Shown here one piece after another: positions 10,966-19,316 of a DNA stretch of 45,221 nt. Below the pieces are notes generated by a model. It did no database searches. It saw nothing but the letters and a program-made list of their open reading frames with translations, and was not told the origin of the DNA. The position numbers and the translations under genes were made by a program. Numbering within the stretch: the first letter of the stretch is position 1; every line of letters begins with the position of its first letter. The stretch comes from Actinomycetota bacterium (GTDB taxonomy: Bacteria; Actinomycetota; Thermoleophilia; Solirubrobacterales; JBBDJG01), in NCBI GenBank assembly GCA_046725795.1, contig JBKOZI010000020.1, forward strand, positions 1-45,221, given 5' to 3'.

Positions 10966-12075
10966 CTACGAGACCATCTCCACGAACCGGTCGAACAGAT
11001 GCACGGCGTCGTGAGGGCCGGGGCCCGCCTCGGGGTGGTACTGCACGCAGGCGGCGGGCACGTCGTGCAGCACCAGTCCCTCGACCGTGCGGTCGTAGAG
11101 GTTCACGTGGGAGAGCTCCGCGGCGCCAAAGTCCGTCTCCCACCGAACCGGCTCGTCGTGCTCGATCGCGCGTGCACCGCCCGGACCCAGCACCGCGAAG
11201 CCGTGGTTCTGGGCGGTGATCTCGATCTTGCCGGTGGACAGGTCCTTCACCGGGTGGTTCGCGCCGCGATGGCCGAACCGGAGCTTGAACGTCTCGAGTC
11301 CGACGGCTCGGCACAGCAGCTGGTGGCCGAGGCAGATGCCCCAGACCGGGACCCGGCCGACGAGCTCCCGAACGGTCCCGACCACGTGGTCGAGCGCCGC
11401 CGGGTCGCCCGGTCCGTTCGCGAGGAAGACGGCATCCGGCTCCTGAGCGAGTACTTCGTCTGCGGAGCTCCCGCAGGGCATCAGCACGAGGCGGCAGCCC
11501 CGCTGCTGCAGGTTTTTCACGATCGATCGCTTGATGCCCGTGTCGAGCGCGACGACCCTCGGCCCATCGCCCTCCGCTCCGATCACGACCGGCTCCGGAG
11601 GCGAAACGTCACGCGCCAGGTCCCGTCCATCCATCGAGGGCTCGGCCTCGATCAGCTCGCGCGCCTCGCGCTCGCTCACGGCCCCCGGAAAGACCCCGCC
11701 CCGCATCGCGCCCTCGTCGCGAATGTGCCGGACGAGCGCCCGCGTGTCGACGCCGCTGATCCCGGGCACGCCCTCGGCAGCGAGCCAGTCGAGCCAGCCT
11801 TTGGACCCCGCCGGCCGCTCATTCCGCGCTTCGCGCATGATCACAGCGCGGGCGTGAATCTCACTCGACTCGGCGACATCTGGAGAAACGCCGTAGTTGC
11901 CGATCAGCGGGTAGCTGAAGGTGATGATCTGGGCCCCGTAGGAAGGATCGGTGACCGCTTCCTGATAGCCCGTCATGGCCGTGTTGAAGACGACCTCGCC
12001 GACGGCGTGGACGGGCGCGCCGACGGCGACCCCGTCGAGGCGCGTCCCGTCCTCGAGTAGCACGAACGCGCTCAT
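10966..12075 (-). CDS. carA: Carbamoyl-phosphate synthase small (glutaminase) subunit
   Basis: [15 protein letters not shown]...[10 protein letters not shown] and GATase [12 protein letters not shown] at 12075 overlaps the upstream stop as ATGA. The track ORF extension to 12312 is spurious. Confidence 0.95.
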   Translation of the reverse strand: MSAFVLLEDGTRLDGVAVGAPVHAVGEVVFNTAMTGYQEAVTDPSYGAQIITFSYPLIGNYGVSPDVAESSEIHARAVIMREARNERPAGSKGWLDWLAAEGVPGISGVDTRALVRHIRDEGAMRGGVFPGAVSEREARELIEAEPSMDGRDLARDVSPPEPVVIGAEGDGPRVVALDTGIKRSIVKNLQQRGCRLVLMPCGSSADEVLAQEPDAVFLANGPGDPAALDHVVGTVRELVGRVPVWGICLGHQLLCRAVGLETFKLRFGHRGANHPVKDLSTGKIEITAQNHGFAVLGPGGARAIEHDEPVRWETDFGAAELSHVNLYDRTVEGLVLHDVPAACVQYHPEAGPGPHDAVHLFDRFVEMVS

Positions 12076-12611
12076 TTCACGAGCGCCTGGACTTCTCTGA
12101 ACTCCGGCGCGTCCGCTCCGCGAAGCAGCTCGAAGAGGGCGGTCTCGACGCTCGTCAGCACCGCCCCGCTTCGTTCCATCTTGTGCAGGCCGAGCGCTCG
12201 GTTCTCGGCCGTCCTCGAGCTGACCGCGTCCTGGACGACGTGCACCTCGCGGCCCGTGGCGAGCAGGTCCTCGGCCGTCTGGTTCACGCACACGTGCGCC
12301 TCGATCCCGCACAGCAAGACCTGGTCGCGCTCGTCGTCGAGCGCCGCCGGGAAGCCGTCCGCACCGAGCGCGCTGAAGCTGACCTTCTCGAGCGGAGCGA
12401 CGCCCTCGAGGTACTCAGCCACCTCCGGCACCGTGTGACCCAGGCCCTTGGGGTACTGCTCGGTGACGAGCAGCGGGAGCCCGAGGATCCGCGCACCCTG
12501 TACGAGCACACCGGCGTTGCCTGCGACCCGCTCGAACTCGAGCACCGCCGGGCGGAAGGCCTCCTGCACGTCGATCACCGCGAGCGCGACGCGGCCACGG
12601 TCCAGCTTCAC
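12072..12611 (-). CDS. Isochorismatase-family cysteine hydrolase, embedded in the pyr operon
   Basis: ALAVIDVQEAF (Asp), EKVSFSAL (Lys) and LLCGIEAHVCVNQTA (Cys) match the D-K-C family pattern. The GTG start overlaps the pyrC stop (GTGA) and its stop overlaps the carA ATG (ATGA). Confidence 0.85.
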   Translation of the reverse strand: MKLDRGRVALAVIDVQEAFRPAVLEFERVAGNAGVLVQGARILGLPLLVTEQYPKGLGHTVPEVAEYLEGVAPLEKVSFSALGADGFPAALDDERDQVLLCGIEAHVCVNQTAEDLLATGREVHVVQDAVSSRTAENRALGLHKMERSGAVLTSVETALFELLRGADAPEFREVQALVK

Positions 12612-13984
12612 CGCCGCCCTCCTGGGCCGGCAACCAGGGAGTCCCTCGCGAGCCGGATGGAAAAGGCGCGATCGCGGTATGCGACGACCCCGGCGGCGAC
12701 CGTCATCAGCACTCGGCCCCGAACCTCCCGCCCGGCAAAACAAGAGTTCTCCGAGCGGCTCTCGTAACCGGCTTCCCCCACAGTCCAGGCGGCGTCGAGG
12801 TCGATCAGGCAGAAGTTGGCGCGCGCACCCGGCGTCAGCGTCGGCGGCGCGAGGCCGTACGGCGTGCCGCCCGCCGTCAAGCGCTCGACGAGTAGCCGCA
12901 GGTCGATGACGCCGGGCAGCACGAGGTCCGTGTAGAGCGCGGCGAAGGCCGTCTCGAGCCCCGTGACGCCCATCGGAGCCTGCTCGAACGGGGCCTCCTT
13001 CTCCTCGCGCGAATGGGGGGCGTGGTCGGTCGCGATGCAGTCGATCACGCCGGACCGAAGCCCTTCGATCAATGCGCGGCGGTCGTCCTGCGATCGCAAA
13101 GGTGGATTCATCTTGAATCGCGGGTCCAGCGAACGCACTGCCTCGTCCGTGAGCGCCAGGTGATGCGGAGTGACCTCGCAGGTGAGCTCGATGCCGGCGG
13201 CCCTGGCGTGCTCGACGGCGGCGACGGACTCGGCTGCGGACAGGTGCAAGACGTGGAGCCGCCCGCCCTCGTAGCGCGCGATCTGGGCGTCGCGCTCGAT
13301 CATCGTGCTCTCGGAGATCGACGGGATTCCGGCGAGGCCGAGCAGCGCAGAGACGGCGCCCTCGTGCATGACGCCGTCAGCCGAGAGCGCCGGGTCCTCC
13401 TCGTGCAGGGCAAGTACGCCGCCGGCAAGGCGCTGATACTGGAGCGCCTGCTGCAGGCGCCGCGCATCCGCGACCGGTACGCCGTCGTCGCTGAAGCCGG
13501 CCGCGCCCTCACTGGAGAGCTCGACCATCTCGGTCAGCTCCGCGCCCGCCTGTCCCCTCGTGATCGCAGCGAGGAACCCGACGGGGACGACAGCCTCGAT
13601 GCCGGCCCGCTGCTGAAGCGAGCGAAGCACCGATGCGTTGTCGGTCACGGGTTCGGTGTTGGGCATCGCGAGCACGCAACAGAAGCCGCCCGCGGCGGCC
13701 GCGCGCGTGCCCGATTCGAGGTCTTCCTCGTCCTCCCGTCCCGGTGTGCGGAGGTGGACGTGGGGATCGACGAAGGCCGGGAAGAGATGCAGACCCTCCC
13801 CCTCGATCGACTCCGTCACATCGTCGGGATCCAGCGTGCCGGGCGGCGCGAGCTCGGCGATCTGCCCGTCGCGCAGGAGCACGTCGTGCCTGCCGTCGAG
13901 CCCGGCCCGCGGATCGAGTGTGTGCACGCTCTTCACGACGAGCGACGCGGGGGCACCCGTGCGCGCCGAGAGGCGCACCCTCAT
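12608..13984 (-). CDS. pyrC: Dihydroorotase
   Basis: FVDPHVHLRTPG, ATDHAPH and an amidohydrolase fold. ATG at 13984 overlaps the pyrB stop (ATGA). The track ORF extension to 14344 overlaps pyrB. Confidence 0.93.
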   Translation of the reverse strand: MRVRLSARTGAPASLVVKSVHTLDPRAGLDGRHDVLLRDGQIAELAPPGTLDPDDVTESIEGEGLHLFPAFVDPHVHLRTPGREDEEDLESGTRAAAAGGFCCVLAMPNTEPVTDNASVLRSLQQRAGIEAVVPVGFLAAITRGQAGAELTEMVELSSEGAAGFSDDGVPVADARRLQQALQYQRLAGGVLALHEEDPALSADGVMHEGAVSALLGLAGIPSISESTMIERDAQIARYEGGRLHVLHLSAAESVAAVEHARAAGIELTCEVTPHHLALTDEAVRSLDPRFKMNPPLRSQDDRRALIEGLRSGVIDCIATDHAPHSREEKEAPFEQAPMGVTGLETAFAALYTDLVLPGVIDLRLLVERLTAGGTPYGLAPPTLTPGARANFCLIDLDAAWTVGEAGYESRSENSCFAGREVRGRVLMTVAAGVVAYRDRAFSIRLARDSLVAGPGGRR

Positions 13985-14937
13985 GCCGGCTGCTCCACGA
14001 TGGGAGCCGGGGAGCCGCTTCGCGGCGCACCGGCCGGCGCGGCGGTCAGGAGCTCGTAGAGGATCGCCATGCGCACCACGACGCCGCTTGCGACCTGGTC
14101 GGCGATCAGCGTCTGGGGCGAATCGATCACCTCGGCCGAGAGCTCGACTCCGCGATTGACCGGCCCTGGGTGCATCAGGAGCTGCCGTGGCTGGAGCCGG
14201 CGAGAGTCGATCTGGAAGCAGGAGACGTACTCCCGAAGTGAAGGCACGTAGTAGGCGTGGTCGGCCATACGCTCGTGCTGCATTCGCAGCGCGTAGATGA
14301 CGTCCGCCTCGCCGAGCCGCTCGAGGTCGTAGGCGATCTCGCATCCGAGCGTCTCGAAGTCCCGGGGAATCAGCGTCGGCGGGCCGGCGACCGTGACACG
14401 GGCGCCCATCCGAGCGAACGCGAGCACGTTCGACCGCGCGACCCGACTGTGCATGACGTCCCCAACGATCCAGATCTCGCGTCCCTCGATCGTCTTGACG
14501 TGACGCAGGAGCGTGAAGAGATCGAGCAGTGCCTGACTGGGATGCTCGCGCTTGCCGTCGCCGGCGTTAACGACCGAAGCCGATGAGTTGCGGGCGACGA
14601 TCTCGGCCGCTCCCGCCCATGGGGATCGGATGACGATCGCGGCGGGATCGTAGGCGGAGAGCGTCGCGACGGTGTCCTTGAGCGACTCGCCCTTGTCGAC
14701 GGCCGAGCCCGCGGAGCGGATGCTGATCAGGTCCGCCGAGAGTCGCTTCGCCGCGAGCTCGAACGACGAGCTGGTGCGCGTGCTCGCCTCGTAGAAGAGG
14801 TTCACGACCGTGCGGCCGCGAAGCGTCGGGACCTTCTTGATGTCGCGGTCGGCGACCGCGGCGAAGCTTTCGGCGACTCCGAGGATCCGCTCGATGTCCC
14901 CTCGTTCCAGATCGGCGATCGAGAGCAGGTGCTTCAT
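13981..14937 (-). CDS. pyrB: Aspartate carbamoyltransferase catalytic subunit
   Basis: LFYEASTRTSSSFE, HPSQALLD and HPGPVNRGVE motifs. 318 aa. Confidence 0.96.
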   Translation of the reverse strand: MKHLLSIADLERGDIERILGVAESFAAVADRDIKKVPTLRGRTVVNLFYEASTRTSSSFELAAKRLSADLISIRSAGSAVDKGESLKDTVATLSAYDPAAIVIRSPWAGAAEIVARNSSASVVNAGDGKREHPSQALLDLFTLLRHVKTIEGREIWIVGDVMHSRVARSNVLAFARMGARVTVAGPPTLIPRDFETLGCEIAYDLERLGEADVIYALRMQHERMADHAYYVPSLREYVSCFQIDSRRLQPRQLLMHPGPVNRGVELSAEVIDSPQTLIADQVASGVVVRMAILYELLTAAPAGAPRSGSPAPIVEQPA

Positions 14938-15509
14938 GGTCCCTCCCGCAACCCGGCGGTCGGCTTGCCGACCGCCGGCAGTTGTTCGATTTCCACTTCG
15001 TCGACCCCGTCGAGCTCGTCGACGCGTACGTACACGCGCTCGGAGCGCGATGTCGGCAGGTTCTTCCCGACGTAGTCGGGCCGGATCGGGAGCTCGCGGT
15101 GGCCGCGATCGACAAGCACTGCGAGCTGCACGCAGGCGGGGCGGCCGTAGTCGAACAGAGCCTCGATCCCGGCACGGGCGGTGCGGCCCGTGTAGAGGAC
15201 GTCGTCGACGAGCACCACCGTCGTCTCCGCGAGCGGGAAGTCGATCCGCGAAGAGTGCACGACCGGCTGAGCCCCCAGCGGGCGTGCTCCCACGTCGTCC
15301 CGGTAGAAGCTGATGTCGATCTCACCGAGTGGCACGGGCTTGTCGAGAAGCTCCGCGATCAGCACCTGCAGCCGTCCCGCGATCACGGCGCCGCGGGTAT
15401 GGATGCCGACGATCGCGACCTGGTCGTCGCCGTTGCGCTCGATGATCTCGTGCGCAATTCGCACGAGCGTACGTCTGAGGTCCTCGCGATCGAGGACTGG
15501 GTGGCTCAA
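14934..15509 (-). CDS. pyrR: Bifunctional pyr operon regulator / uracil phosphoribosyltransferase PyrR
   Basis: LVRIAHEIIERNG and the PRPP motif VVLVDDVLYTGRTARA. TTG at 15509 is preceded by GGAAGGGG. The 622-aa track ORF is an artefactual upstream extension across rnz in another frame. Confidence 0.9.
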   Translation of the reverse strand: MSHPVLDREDLRRTLVRIAHEIIERNGDDQVAIVGIHTRGAVIAGRLQVLIAELLDKPVPLGEIDISFYRDDVGARPLGAQPVVHSSRIDFPLAETTVVLVDDVLYTGRTARAGIEALFDYGRPACVQLAVLVDRGHRELPIRPDYVGKNLPTSRSERVYVRVDELDGVDEVEIEQLPAVGKPTAGLREGP

Positions 15510-15518
15510 GGGTTTGCG

Positions 15519-15555
15519 TGCCCCTTCCTGGCCTCGCTGGACCGGGTTAAAGGAA
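15519..15555 (-). promoter_or_regulatory. PyrR-binding RNA element in the pyrR leader, overlapping the Shine-Dalgarno sequence
   Basis: The minus strand reads UCCUUUAACCCGGUCCAGCGAGGCCAGGAAGGGGCA. It resembles the conserved PyrR binding loop (UUUAA...GUCCAGAGAGGC...AAGG). CCUU can pair with AAGG, which is part of the SD. Confidence 0.6.
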
Positions 15556-15595
15556 CCGACGGGGCGAGTGTAACAGCGGCCCGGGACGAGCCTGC

Positions 15596-16588
15596 TCAGG
15601 ACGCGTCCGGGAACGACTGAGAGGCCGCCTCCGGACGCGTCCGCTCCCGGTGCTCGCGCAGGCTCATCGCGACGGGCAGGCCGCGCTCGGGATACGGCAC
15701 TTCGATCACGTCGAAATCGCGGGGAACGACCACCGGCTGGAAGGCGGACTCTGCCTCCTTCTCGATCACGGGCGCGAAGTACCTCGACGAGAGGTGCGTG
15801 AGCGCCAGCAGCGAGACCTCGGCGGCCCGCGCGACCTCGGCCGCCTGGCGCGCGGTCGAGTGTCCCGTCTGGCGCGCGCGCTCGACCTCCTCCTCGGCGA
15901 ACGTGGCGTCGTGAACGAGCAGTTGCGCGTGGTGGGCGATCGCGATCGTCGACTCGCAGGGTTCCGTGTCGCCGCTGAAGACCAGCTTGCGACCCGGCCG
16001 AGGCTCGCCCATCACGTCGCGCGGCGCGATCGTCCGAGCGCCGGCCTGGACCGGCTCGCCGCGCTGGAGGAGCCCGAACTGCGGCCCGGGCTCGACGCCG
16101 AGCTCGGCCGCGCGTGCCGGGTCGAACCGACCGGGACGGTCGTCCTCGACGAGCGCGTACCCGAGTGCCTCGGTGCGGTGCGCGACCGCGTATGCGCCCA
16201 CCCGGTACGCGTCGAGCTCGACCGCCTCGGTGGGCGCCAGCTCCACGAGCCGGACCTCGTAGCTGAGCTTCCCGTAGATCCGGCGCAGGTCCGCCATCAA
16301 CGCTCGCAATCCGCGCGGTCCGTAGATCGTGAGCGGCACGCTTCGCCCGCGGAGCGCGAACGTCTTCATCATGCCGGGAAGGCCGAGAAAGTGGTCGGCG
16401 TGGAAATGCGTGAGGAAGACGTGCTCGATGTCGGGAAGGCCGACTGACCGCAGCAGCTGGCGCTGCGTGCCCTCGCCGCAGTCGATGAGCAAGCGGTCTC
16501 CGCCGCGCCTGATCAGCAAGCTTGTCGGAGCGCGCTGGACGGTCGGCATCGAGCCGGCCGTGCCGAGGAAGAGAACGGACAGGTCCAT
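15596..16588 (-). CDS. rnz: Ribonuclease Z (MBL-fold tRNA 3' endonuclease)
   Basis: MDLSVLFLGTAGSMPT, LIDCGEGTQRQL and FLTHFHADHFLGLPG motifs. 330 aa. Confidence 0.9.
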   Translation of the reverse strand: MDLSVLFLGTAGSMPTVQRAPTSLLIRRGGDRLLIDCGEGTQRQLLRSVGLPDIEHVFLTHFHADHFLGLPGMMKTFALRGRSVPLTIYGPRGLRALMADLRRIYGKLSYEVRLVELAPTEAVELDAYRVGAYAVAHRTEALGYALVEDDRPGRFDPARAAELGVEPGPQFGLLQRGEPVQAGARTIAPRDVMGEPRPGRKLVFSGDTEPCESTIAIAHHAQLLVHDATFAEEEVERARQTGHSTARQAAEVARAAEVSLLALTHLSSRYFAPVIEKEAESAFQPVVVPRDFDVIEVPYPERGLPVAMSLREHRERTRPEAASQSFPDAS

Positions 16589-16621
16589 GGCCGCGCGTAT
16601 CTTCGCGGAAGCGGCGCTGGG

Positions 16622-17809
16622 CTACGGGGAGAACTGAAGTGGAAGTCGCAGCAGGTCGCGGTCCCACGTCAGCTGGCAGGCGGCGTTGTAGTGAAGCCGC
16701 ACGTAGTAGAGGTAGGCAGTCGCGTCCGTGATCCTGAAGTTGCGGTCCGAGCTGTCGTGGTCGATCAGGGACGGATACGCAAGGGCATCCGGGCCGCCGC
16801 ACTGATGGCTGATCAGGCTGGGCGCCTCCATGATCAGCTGCCGCATCGACCAGTGCACGAGGTCATCGGACGTCGAGAAGAAGAATCCGTAGACGTACCG
16901 GCTCTGCGACGGCTCGAACTTGACCGCTGAGCCGGTGAGGACGTACTTGCCGAGAGCCGTGTTGTAGGTGACCGACCGCGACATCCCGAGGATGTTCTCG
17001 TACGAGGCCGCCTCACAGGTATGCGTTCGCAACGGGGTCACGTTCTCATAGAACGCGTTCCGGAAGCGCACGCTGAAGGCGCTTCCGTCCCAGCCTCGCC
17101 AGCTTTGCGGATCGGCGATGTCGCGTGTTCGCATGACACATACACCGACATCCTGCTTGTCGGATTGGATCAGCGACAGGTGGTAGTAGTAGCTGCCCTT
17201 CTTGATCGGATTGCTGGGCGCGGCGAGGCCGGTGCGCGAGTCGTCGATCGTCGGCCGCGGCGGCACGGCCGAGACGAGGTTGTCCGGCGGCGCGGGGGCC
17301 GAGTAGGTGTCGCCGCCATCGTGCGAGACCGCGAACGTGTTGGCGACGAAGCCGCATCGGCGTTGGCCGGATCCGGCCGGGCAAGCGCCCGGGATCTCCC
17401 ATCCGTGCCACTCGTGGTGGACGATCGCGTACACGTCGCGGCCGTTCTCCGTGTAGAGCCCGTTCAGCCAGTGTTGGTAGTTGAAATGAGCGGGGTTGGG
17501 GTCGAATTGCGAGGGAAAAATAGGCTGGCACTCGCGCGTGAGGTGCTGGAAGTCCGGGCCCACCATCCGCCGGGTGGCCGCATTCGGCGTGACGAGCTGA
17601 ATGCGGTTCGTGAAGTCCCTCAGGACCTGCGTCGTCCCGTCCGGGATGTCGAAGTCGTCGCAGCGCGCCGTGGTCCAGTCGAAGACCATCTCCTCCGGCC
17701 CGGTGACGCTCACGCTCACCGCCTGCGCCGCGCCGGAAAAAAACGAAAGACACTGCAGCCCCGCCGCGATGCAGATCGCGAGCGTCACCCTGAGGATGCG
17801 GCCGCTCAT
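16622..17809 (-). CDS. Secreted hypothetical protein, Asp-box / beta-propeller glycosidase-like
   Basis: ATG at 17809 follows GAGGGGGTGAGGGA. Signal peptide MSGRILRVTLAICIAAGLQCLSFFSGAAQA. One Asp-box SHDGGDTY, an STSDDLVHWS motif and several Cys. GC is lower than in the flanks. Confidence 0.7.
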   Translation of the reverse strand: MSGRILRVTLAICIAAGLQCLSFFSGAAQAVSVSVTGPEEMVFDWTTARCDDFDIPDGTTQVLRDFTNRIQLVTPNAATRRMVGPDFQHLTRECQPIFPSQFDPNPAHFNYQHWLNGLYTENGRDVYAIVHHEWHGWEIPGACPAGSGQRRCGFVANTFAVSHDGGDTYSAPAPPDNLVSAVPPRPTIDDSRTGLAAPSNPIKKGSYYYHLSLIQSDKQDVGVCVMRTRDIADPQSWRGWDGSAFSVRFRNAFYENVTPLRTHTCEAASYENILGMSRSVTYNTALGKYVLTGSAVKFEPSQSRYVYGFFFSTSDDLVHWSMRQLIMEAPSLISHQCGGPDALAYPSLIDHDSSDRNFRITDATAYLYYVRLHYNAACQLTWDRDLLRLPLQFSP

Positions 17810-17916
17810 CTGTCCCTCACCCCCTCGCTCGAACCCTAGCACCGCCTTGTACCGTTGCCTGCATGGTGACGGCCTGGCCCACGTTCCCACCGGGACATAC
17901 GCCGCGGCTCGAGCGG

Positions 17917-18570
17917 ATGCTGATCACGAAGTACTTCGTCTTCGTCCACGTTCCCCGAACCGGTGGCAACTTCATCCGCGATGCCTGTTTTGAGCAGCTT
18001 CCGAGCGAGTGGCTCATCCGCAACGCCCTGCCGCTGCACACTCCCTACGACGAGCTTGCCCACGACTTCTTCGACCTGCCGATGATCTGCTTCGTGCGGA
18101 ACCCCTGGGATTGGTACGTGTCGTGGTACCACCATCAAACCCAGCACTATCCAGGGGATCGCAGGGGCGCGATGTGGACATCCGCGTTCGGCAGCGGTCG
18201 AAACGACTTCCGGCAAACGGTCTACAACTGCTGCACGGGCGAGAACTTCGAGAGCCCGGTCACGGCTCCGATCATGAAAGAGCTCGACGTCGACCACTAC
18301 ACGGCCCGCTTCATCCAGATCACGGGTTCCGGCATCGAGTCGGGGCAACTCGAGACGGGCCGCTACGAGGCGCTCCAGGGTGACTTCCAAGCGTTTCTCG
18401 AGCGACACGACGTACCTGTCGGCGACGCCTTCTTCAAGCGGCTGGAGAAATCGGCGCCGAAGCACACGACGGATCGGGGACCGTACCGCGACTACTACGA
18501 CGAAGAGCTGCGCGATCTGGTCGGGAGCAAGGCGCGGCTCCTGATCGAGCGCTACGGGTACGAGTTCTGA
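17917..18570 (+). CDS. Sulfotransferase (family-2-like)
   Basis: The 5'-PSB-like FVHVPRTGGNF and the 3'-PB-like CFVRNPWDWYVSWY. The start is taken at the internal ATG 17917 (MLITKYFVFVHVP). The track start at 17863 is possible. Confidence 0.75.
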   Translation: MLITKYFVFVHVPRTGGNFIRDACFEQLPSEWLIRNALPLHTPYDELAHDFFDLPMICFVRNPWDWYVSWYHHQTQHYPGDRRGAMWTSAFGSGRNDFRQTVYNCCTGENFESPVTAPIMKELDVDHYTARFIQITGSGIESGQLETGRYEALQGDFQAFLERHDVPVGDAFFKRLEKSAPKHTTDRGPYRDYYDEELRDLVGSKARLLIERYGYEF

Positions 18571-19301
18571 GGGCGGGCTCGAGTGAAGAGCGCGTCGACG
18601 AAGTCCACTCCATCGTTACCGCGCTTGAGGCCGTCCAGCAGGTCGTACAGCGCGAAACCGTGGCTGTCCATAAGTGCGATGAACTCGGCGAACGAGGCAC
18701 CGTCTGCGAAGGGACGCGTGATCGAGACCTCGGCGATCACGAACTCGGTGTCTCGAAGGAGCGCCGCGGCGCCCTCGATCACGCGGTACTCGTAGCCTTC
18801 GGCGTCGATCTTCAGGCCGAACGGGCCCTTCCAGCCCCGCTCGGACCGTAACGCGTCGAGCGTCGTCACTTCGATCTCGCGCCGCTCGAGCGCCTCACGT
18901 TGCTCGGCGCCGCGCCATTCGTTCACGAGCAGCGAGCTCTCGTAGAGCATCGCCGGATTGATGTGGATCTCGGCTCGCCCGGGTGCCGCCCCGACAGCCG
19001 CAAGCACGTACTCGCCACCCCGCCGCCTGCAGATTCGCTGAAGGTCCTCCTCGAACTCGGCGAGCGGCTCGATCAGCACGAAATGCGCGTCGGAGAACGC
19101 GTCGTAGAGGTTCGGCGTGCCCCGGGCGGCGCCCACGTCGATCACCGTGGCCGGCGCGAATCCCGGCTTGCGGAGGTTCTCGGGGCGCCAGCCTGTCTCG
19201 CGCCTCCACTCCTCCTCGTTGTCGGCTCGACGGCCGACCCGCCACAGCATGAAGGCAAATTCGTCCGGCGGCCCCACGCGGGGCGAGTGTACGTCATTCA
19301 T
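18552..19301 (-). CDS. FkbM-family SAM-dependent methyltransferase
   Basis: VIDVGAARGT SAM motif and LKIDAEGYEYRVIEGA, the FkbM signature. The start is uncertain: ATG 19301, GTG 19316 or ATG 19250. The 3' end overlaps the convergent sulfotransferase by 19 nt. Confidence 0.8.
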   Translation of the reverse strand: MNDVHSPRVGPPDEFAFMLWRVGRRADNEEEWRRETGWRPENLRKPGFAPATVIDVGAARGTPNLYDAFSDAHFVLIEPLAEFEEDLQRICRRRGGEYVLAAVGAAPGRAEIHINPAMLYESSLLVNEWRGAEQREALERREIEVTTLDALRSERGWKGPFGLKIDAEGYEYRVIEGAAALLRDTEFVIAEVSITRPFADGASFAEFIALMDSHGFALYDLLDGLKRGNDGVDFVDALFTRARPQNSYP

Positions 19302-19316
19302 TCGTATGCTGAGCAC

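Noticed and set aside
14934-16802. 622-aa ORF suggesting a giant PyrR fusion protein
   Set aside because: Only the last 191 aa are PyrR. The upstream part is Arg/Pro-rich nonsense that runs across rnz in a different frame. A TTG start with an SD at 15509 and the PyrR-binding leader define the real gene.
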